Of a DNA stretch of 64,000 nt, positions 57,232 through 64,000 are shown piece by piece (the first letter of the stretch is position 1; the number at the start of each line of letters is the position of its first letter). The notes beneath the pieces are model-generated. The model was not told the origin of the DNA. It searched no databases and saw only the letters and a program-made list of their open reading frames with translations. A program made the translations under genes and the position numbers. Source of the stretch: Centroscyllium fabricii (lineage: Eukaryota); contig JBNRSN020000014.1 in NCBI GenBank assembly GCA_051313645.2, positions 138,012,001 through 138,076,000 on the forward strand. Direction: 5' to 3'.

Positions 57232-58699
57232 TCAATTCAATTCAATTCAAATTGCTTTATTGGCATGGCAAGATATATCTTATGTTGCCAAAGCACAGAA
57301 AAAGGACATAGACAATTGAACATACAAATGCAGATCTAGATATACAGGGAATAGATAACTATGCAAACGTGTATATATATATATATATATACCCACATAT
57401 AAATCTCATATACTCTTCTTAGCTTCAGTGGTCACTAGTTGTCCCTCTGCTTATGGCAATCTGTGATGTAGTTTGCTGCTAATTTTATACAGTCCCTCTG
57501 TTCCCCCAATAGATATGGGAGTTTTTGGTGGTCGTTCAAATTTTTGATTTCAGGGCATGTTTTTACAAATTCTGGGTAGAAATTCCCCCTTCTGTCCTGA
57601 TAGTTTTCATAAGTTGTGAGGAAATGCAGCGCTGTCTCCACCACTCCCTGACTGCCGTGAGAGCACAGCCTTTCCTCTCTGGGCAGCCAAGTCTGTCTGT
57701 GTCTGCCTTTTTCGATGGCTAGGCTGTGCTCACTAAGTCTGTCCATTGTCAGGGTTTTTCTCAGTTTGCTATCTTTCACCATAGTCAGGTAATCAGCAAT
57801 GGTGTACGGTCTGTTTAGGGCCAAATAACAATCTTGTTTGTTTTGGGTTTTTGTCATTTCTGTCCAGTAGGACAAATATTTTCTCTTTGTTTAGTAATAA
57901 TTGTTTTGGGTTGAATTCTGTGTGCTAGGATTACACTGTCCTGGGGCTGGTTGTTACCAGTAGTGTTAGTAGTTACTTCGCTGAGTCCCAGGACCAGTTG
58001 GCTGAGGGGACTTTTCTTTATGTTCGCTTCTTGGCATTTCAGGGCTTTGTAGTGATAGCTGTGGGGGTTGCTCAATTTTAGATGTTTCCAAAATTTGATG
58101 GCTCTTTTTTGTATATTAATTAATAGTGGATATTGGCCTAACTCTGCCCTGCATGCATTGTTTGTGGTTTTCCCCTGAGTCCGGAGGATACTTTTACAGA
58201 ACTCAGCATGTAGGGTCTCAATTGGGTGTTTGTCCCATTTTGCAAATTCGTGGTGTGTTAGCGGACCCCACACCTCACTGCCATAAAGTGCGATTGTTTC
58301 AATTACTGATTTAAATATTTTGATCCAAATGCCAATTGGAATTTCTATTTGGATTGACCTTTTAATGGCATAGAAAGCCCTCTTTGCTTTCTCTTTCAGT
58401 TCATTCACAGCCAAGTGAAAATTTCCCGTGGAACTGATTTTTAAGCCTAAGTGTGTAATTTGTAGTTTGTTCAATTTTAGTTGCTCCTCGTGTAAAGTTT
58501 GTTTTGGTTCCCTGATGTCTGGATCTTTGCTGGAACACAAGAACTTTAGTTTTTTGGGGTTTATTGTCAAGGCCCAGTTCTGGCAGAATGACTCTAGCCG
58601 ATCAAGGTTCTGCTGTAGACCCTCTTCTGTTGGTGACAGCAGAACCAGGTCATCTGCATATAGGAGAAATTTAACCTTGGAGCCATATAGGGCAATACC
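57232..58699 (-). mobile_element. RTEX-like LINE fragment, (GAATT)n tail, frameshifted
   Basis: ORFs 57854-58804 (LLYADD onward) and 57435-57875; tail reads tcaattcaattcaattcaa on the plus strand; (TA)n in the 3' UTR. Confidence 0.88.
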
Positions 58700-59497
58700 A
58701 ATATCACTCCCAATCTCACACCTCGATATCACTCCCAATACCACACCCATTATCACTCCCGGCATCATTCCCAATATCACACCTGCTTTCACTCCAGATA
58801 TCACACCTGATATCCCTCACGATAGCATAACTGACATCACTCCCATTACCACTCCCACGATCACACCCGATATCACTCCCGATTGCATTGCTGACATCAC
58901 TCCTGACATCACTCCTGATATCATTCCTGTTATCACACCTGATATCAAACCCGATATCACACCTGATATCAAACCCGATATCATTCTCAATATCACACCT
59001 GACATTACTCCGGAAATCACTCCCAATATCAAACCCGATATCACACCAATAACAGTCCCGACATCACACCCACCATCACACCCGATATCACACCCGATAT
59101 CACTCCCGACATCACTCCCGACATCACTCCCGACATCACTCCCGATATCACTGCCTTTATCACACCCGCTGTCACACCATCTATCACTCCCGACATCACT
59201 CCCGACATCACTCCCGACATCACTCCCGACATCACTCCCGACATCACTCCCGACATCACACCCGATATCAGTTGCAAAATCACAGCCAATGGCGCTCCCG
59301 ATATCATTCCCGATATCACACCTACTTTCACACCTGCCATCACTCCCACTATCCCACCTGCTATCACTCCCGATAGCACACCTGATATCCCACCGATATC
59401 GCCCTCGATATCACAACTGACATCACTCCTGATATCAATCCCGTTATCAATCGCAATATCACTCCTGACATCACTCCTGACATCACTCCCCATATCA
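58700..59497. repeat. Satellite array, 12-bp unit
   Basis: Includes perfect runs of (ACATCACTCCCG)n at ~59100-59135 and ~59185-59258. Confidence 0.96.
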
Positions 59498-59662
59498 TTT
59501 AAGAACATAAGAAATAGGAGCAGGAATAGGCCACTTGGCCCCTCGAGCCTGCTCCGCCATGCAATAAGATCACGGCTGATCTTGGGCTCAAAGCCACTTC
59601 CCTGCCCGCTCCCCATAACCCTTCACTCCCTTATCTTGCAAAAATTTGTCTATCTCCACCTC

Positions 59663-60040
59663 GGACGACACGGTGGTGCAGTGGTTAGCACTGCTGCCTC
59701 GCAATAAGGAGCTCCTGGGTTCGAATCCTGCTTGGCCCGGGACCTCTCTGCGTGGAGTTTGCATGTTCTCCCCATGTTCATGTGGGTTTCCTCCGGGTAC
59801 TCCGGGTTCCTCCCACCACCCAAAGACATGCAGGTTAGGTGAACTGGAGATACTAAAAAAAAAAGTTGCCCATGAGTATGTGTGTGAGATATAGTTCTTA
59901 GAGTTGGGGGTGTCGGGGGATATGGGGAGAGGGTAGAAGGGGGGTGCTGGGTTTGGATGATCAGCCATGATCTCATCAAAAATGGTGGAGCAGGCTCGAA
60001 GGGCCGGATAGCCTGCCCCTATCTTCTGTGTTTCTGTGTT
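59663..60040 (+). mobile_element. V-SINE, divergent subfamily
   Basis: tRNA head ggtggtgcagtggttagcact...gggttcgaatcc, V-domain, CR1-type tail (tttctgtg)n. Confidence 0.88.
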
Positions 60041-60984
60041 TAAATATATTTAATGACCCAACCTCCACTGCTCTCTGGGGCAGAGAATTCCACAGATTTA
60101 CAACCCTCTGAGAGAAGAAGTTCCTCCTCATCTCAGTTTTAAAAGGGCGAACATTTATTCTGAGACTGTGCCCCTGAGTTCTAGATTTCCCCACGAGGGG
60201 GAAACATCCTCTCTGCATCTACCCTGTCGAGCCCCCTCAGTATCTTATATGTTTTGATAAGATCACCTCTCATTCTTCTAAATTCCAATGAGTTTCGGCC
60301 CAGCCTGCTCAACCTTTCCTCATAAGTCAAACCCCTCATCTCTGGAATTAACCGAGTGAATCGTCTCTGAACTGCCTCCAAAGCAAGTATATCCTTCTTT
60401 AAATAAGGAGACCAAAACTGTACGCAGTACTCCAGGTGTGGTCTCACCAATACCCTGTACAGTTGTAGCAGGACTTCCCTGCTTTTATACTCTAACCCCC
60501 TTGAAATAAAGACCAACATTCCATTTGCCTTTTTGATCACTTGCTGTACCTGCTGCTAACTTTTTGTGTTTCATGCATAAGGACCCCCAGGTCCTTCTGA
60601 ACTGTAGCATTTTGTAATCTCTCTCCATTTAAATAATAATTTGCTTTTTTATTTTTCCTGCCAAAGTGGATAACCTCACACTTTCCCACATTATACTCCA
60701 TCTGCCAAATGTTTGCCCGCTCACCTAGCCTGTCTATATCCCTTTGCAGATTCTTTGAGTCCTCTGCATAACTTGCTTTCCCGCCCATCTTTGTATCATC
60801 TGCAAACTTGGCTACATTACCCTCGATCCCTTCATCCAAGTCATTAATGTAGATTGTAATTAGTTAGGGCCCCAGCACCGAGCCTTGTGACACCCCACTA
60901 GTTACTGTTTGCCAACCAGCAAATGATCCATTTATCACAACTCTCTGCTTTCTGTTAGTTAGCCAATTCTCTATCCATGCTAAT

Positions 60985-61811
60985 GGGCCCTGTTTTCCTG
61001 TGCTCCAGAGGAGCTGCACCCCCACGAAGGGGGGTCAGAAATGCCTCGTGGGGGTGCAGCATGGGGGATGCCCACGAACGGGAATTTCCTGTGCTGATGG
61101 GCAAGGCCCTTCAGCTCCCAACGCAGGAAGACCTTGCACTGACGATTTCCTGTCAGAACGGGTGATTTTTAGAGAGTAATTCCGTGTGCAACTGGCTCAC
61201 AAGCTGCCCACGAAAAAACCAGGAGTAAGAGGGAGAAGATTTAGTTTTTGAAGCAGGTAAGTTAATTTTTTTACTTTAATTTTAAGTTTTTACAGTTTTG
61301 GGGAGTAGTGTGGCCAGATCGGTAGCGTTAAAGTTTTTTTTTTAAATTAACAAATCTGATTTTAAGTTAATTTACCTGTTTCAAATCGCTAATTTTTAAA
61401 GTTACATTTCTGAAATTTTTAACTCTCTAGCTAATTTAAAAAATTTAAAAATCTAAGAGGAAAAGATGGTTGACTTACCTTCCGTTTCTTCCTCTGAGAA
61501 GCTGCTGTGCCCCCGCGCTGCTCCCCGCGAGTCTGTTGTGCAGCTCCGCACTTCCCTGCTCTCACTAAGGTCCGACTCGGGATCTCGTCATTTAAATTAG
61601 GGATCTGGGGGGCGTTTCTTATTTAAATTTGGGATCTGTGGGGGCGTGGCTGGACACGCACCAACAAAAGCCAGACCCCTACGCAGCACCTGAAGACGTT
61701 TTTTTAAACAGGAAATTGACGTTCTGTTTTCTGAAAAAAGTTGGTGCGTGCGATTAGGCATCCCCAGGGTCCTAGCGCACGCACTAACCGGCACACAGGA
61801 AAACAGGGCCC
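60985..61811. mobile_element. Harbinger-type MITE, unrelated family
   Basis: Perfect 18-bp TIR gggccctgttttcctgtg, 3-bp TSD AAT; CR1 sequence rejoins across it. Confidence 0.9.
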
Positions 61812-63458
61812 AATATATTACCCCAACTCCATGAGCTCTTATCTTATGCAACAACCTTTTATGTGGCACCTTATCGAATACCTTCTGGAAATCCAAATAC
61901 ACCACATCCACTGGCTCACCCTTGTCCACACTGCTTGTTGCATCCACAAAGAACTCCAGCAAATTGGTTAAACATGATTTCCCTTTCCTAAAACTATGCT
62001 AACTCTGTTTGACTGCAGTATGTTTTTCAAAAAATGCCCTGCTACTGCTTCCTTAATGAAGGACTCCAGCATTTTCCCAACGACAGATGTTAGGCTAACT
62101 GGTCTATAGTTTCCTGCTTTCTGTCTCCCTCCATTCTTAAATGGGGGTGTTACATTAGCCGTTTTCCAATCCGCCAGGACCTCTCCAGAGTCCATGGAAT
62201 TTTGGTAGACTGCAACCAATGCATCCACTATCTCTGCAGCCACTTCTTTTAAAACCCTGGGATGCAGGCTAACTGGTCATGGGGACTTGTTGTCTTTTTA
62301 GTCCCATTATTTTACCGAGTACTATTTCCTTAGTGATCGTTATCGTCTTTAGTTCCCCCCTCCCTGTGGTCCCTTGATTATCCATTATTGGGATGTTGTT
62401 AGTGTCTCTACAGTGAAGACAGATACAAAATAAATGTTCAGACTCTCTGCCATTTCCCCGTTCCTCATTATTAATTTCCCAGTCTCATCCTCTAAGGGAC
62501 CAACGTTTAATTTAGCTACCCTCTTCCTTTTTATATACTTGTAGAAGCTCTTACTATCTGTTTTAATGTTTCTTGCCAGCTTTCTCTCTCAATTCATCTT
62601 CTCTCTCTTGATTATTTTTTTAGTCAACCTTTTGCTGGTTTTTAAAACATTTCCCAATCCTCTGGTCTCCCACCAATCTTGGCAACATTGTATGCCTTCA
62701 TTTTCAATTTGATACCATCCTTTACTTCCTCAGTTAGCCACGGATGGTGCTCCCTTCTCCTAAAATCTTTCTTTCTCACTGGAATATATTTTTGTTGAGA
62801 GTTATGAAATATATCCTTAAATGTCCACCACTGCACTTCAACTTTCTTACCCTTTAATTTTTTTTCCAGTCCACTTTAGCCAGTTCTGCCCTCATGCCAT
62901 TATAATTGCCTTTGTTTAAGATCAGGACACTGGTTTGCGATACAACTTTCTCACCCTCCAACTGAATTTGAAATTCAAACATGCTATGATTACTCTTTCC
63001 TAGAGGATCCTTTACTATGAGATCATTTATTAATTCTGTCTCATTACATAGTACCAGATCCAAGATAACCTGCTCCCTGGTTGGTTCCATTACATACTGT
63101 TCTGGGAAAACATCCTGGATGCCCTCTATGAACTCCTCCTCTCGGCTGCCATGGCCAGTTTGATTTGTCCAATCAATATAGAGATTAAAATCACCCATGA
63201 TTATTACCGTATGTTTTTACAGGCCTCCATTATTTGTAGATTTATACTCTGTCCAACAGCATTGCTAATGTTCAGGGGCCTGTAGACTATGCCCACCAGA
63301 GGCTTTTTCCCCTTATTATTTTTTATCTCCACCCAAACTGATTCTATATCTTGATCTTCTGAGCCAATATCACTTCTCACCACTGCACTGAACCCATCCT
63401 TTACCAACAAAGCCACCTTTCCTTTCTTTCTATCATTCCGAATTATCATATACCCTAG

Positions 63459-64000
63459 TGTGGCGGCACGCCCACTGGTACATCGAATCCGCCATGGGAA
63501 CTCCACGGAGCAAAGCCCCGCTCATCCGGGTGACGCGACGACGTCACCACGTTGGCTGAAGCGATGACGTCACCAACCGCGGGACTGTTTAAATACGCTT
63601 GTTGCGAGTGGTTCACTCTCTTTCTTGTTTTGTTTAGTATATTAAAGCTGTGTTTTCTCTAGCTCTGGCTCACGTGTGGTTCCTAGGCCCTGCCGGCGCT
63701 ACAGTGGTGACCCCGAATTGGAACGACTTCCAAAGAAGAAAAGCTGCCGCAGGATCTGGGACCACCAGCCAAAGAACTTTTTAAATAAAAAACATTTGTA
63801 ACCCAAGGAACCAAGCTCCACGAACGCAAGGACTTGGCCAGAACGTCGGACGTGGACTAACTCTATCCGAGTTCTGGGAGCAACGGCCAGCGGCCTGGTT
63901 TATGTGCATCAAGACCAGCTGCCGCACACATGGCATCCAGGGGGACGACCAATACGACCTGGTCTTCTCAGCCCTACCGCAGTCGACGATCGATCGGATG
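63459..64000 (+). mobile_element. Gypsy LTR element 5' end: LTR 63459-63703, tRNA-Trp-like PBS, start of decayed gag
   Basis: TG...CA LTR homologous to the 25825 solo LTR; tggtgaccccga at 63705; LSEFWEQRPAAWF gag-like motif at ~63863. Confidence 0.85.

Larger units (their letters stand above)
59499..63458 (-). mobile_element. CR1 LINE with most of ORF2 (APE endonuclease plus RT), decayed, with nested SINE, MITE and Gypsy
   Basis: EN motifs (RNDRK, ESVWVE, GIVYRP, MGDFN, LDLVL, LGKSNH), RT motifs (NYRPVSLTS, DFQKVFDKV, KFADD) and an HER1-type tail at ~59499. Confidence 0.93.

Noticed and set aside
58670-58804. IALYGS before KVKFLLYADD as a template-jump duplication, and a satellite-RT fusion protein
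   Set aside because: It aligns positionally with GLDLHDSEVKF in the other copy, so it is ordinary subfamily variation; the upstream residues are satellite read-through.
420-59420. Many ITPD / YHTPISHP / GVISG repeat ORFs resembling mucin or surface repeat proteins
   Set aside because: They are translations of the satellite in different frames, with frequent frameshifts, TE interruptions and no unique domains or splice structure.

Overview
This is repeat-saturated eukaryotic DNA, most likely from a cartilaginous fish (it carries HE1-type V-SINEs sharing their 3' tail with HER1/CR1 LINEs). No host protein-coding gene is supported. About 60% of the window is a C/A-rich satellite (unit ~ATATCACACCC(C)G, 12-13 bp) with kilobase-scale higher-order duplications in its centre. 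Inserted in it are decayed CR1, L2-like and RTEX-like LINEs, V-SINEs, a Penelope-like hairpin remnant, several solo LTRs, a heavily nested SCAN-gag Gmr1-type Gypsy element (order PR-IN), the 5' end of a second Gypsy, a truncated two-gene Harbinger transposon (HARBI1-like transposase plus a spliced Myb/SANT gene) and Harbinger-type MITEs. The most striking observation is that four members of one Harbinger family (one coding, three non-autonomous) all sit in the same orientation at a TAT in the (GACTCTAT)n 3' tail of CR1 LINEs, which suggests a target-specific DNA transposon. Family assignments come from motif recognition only; no database search was run.
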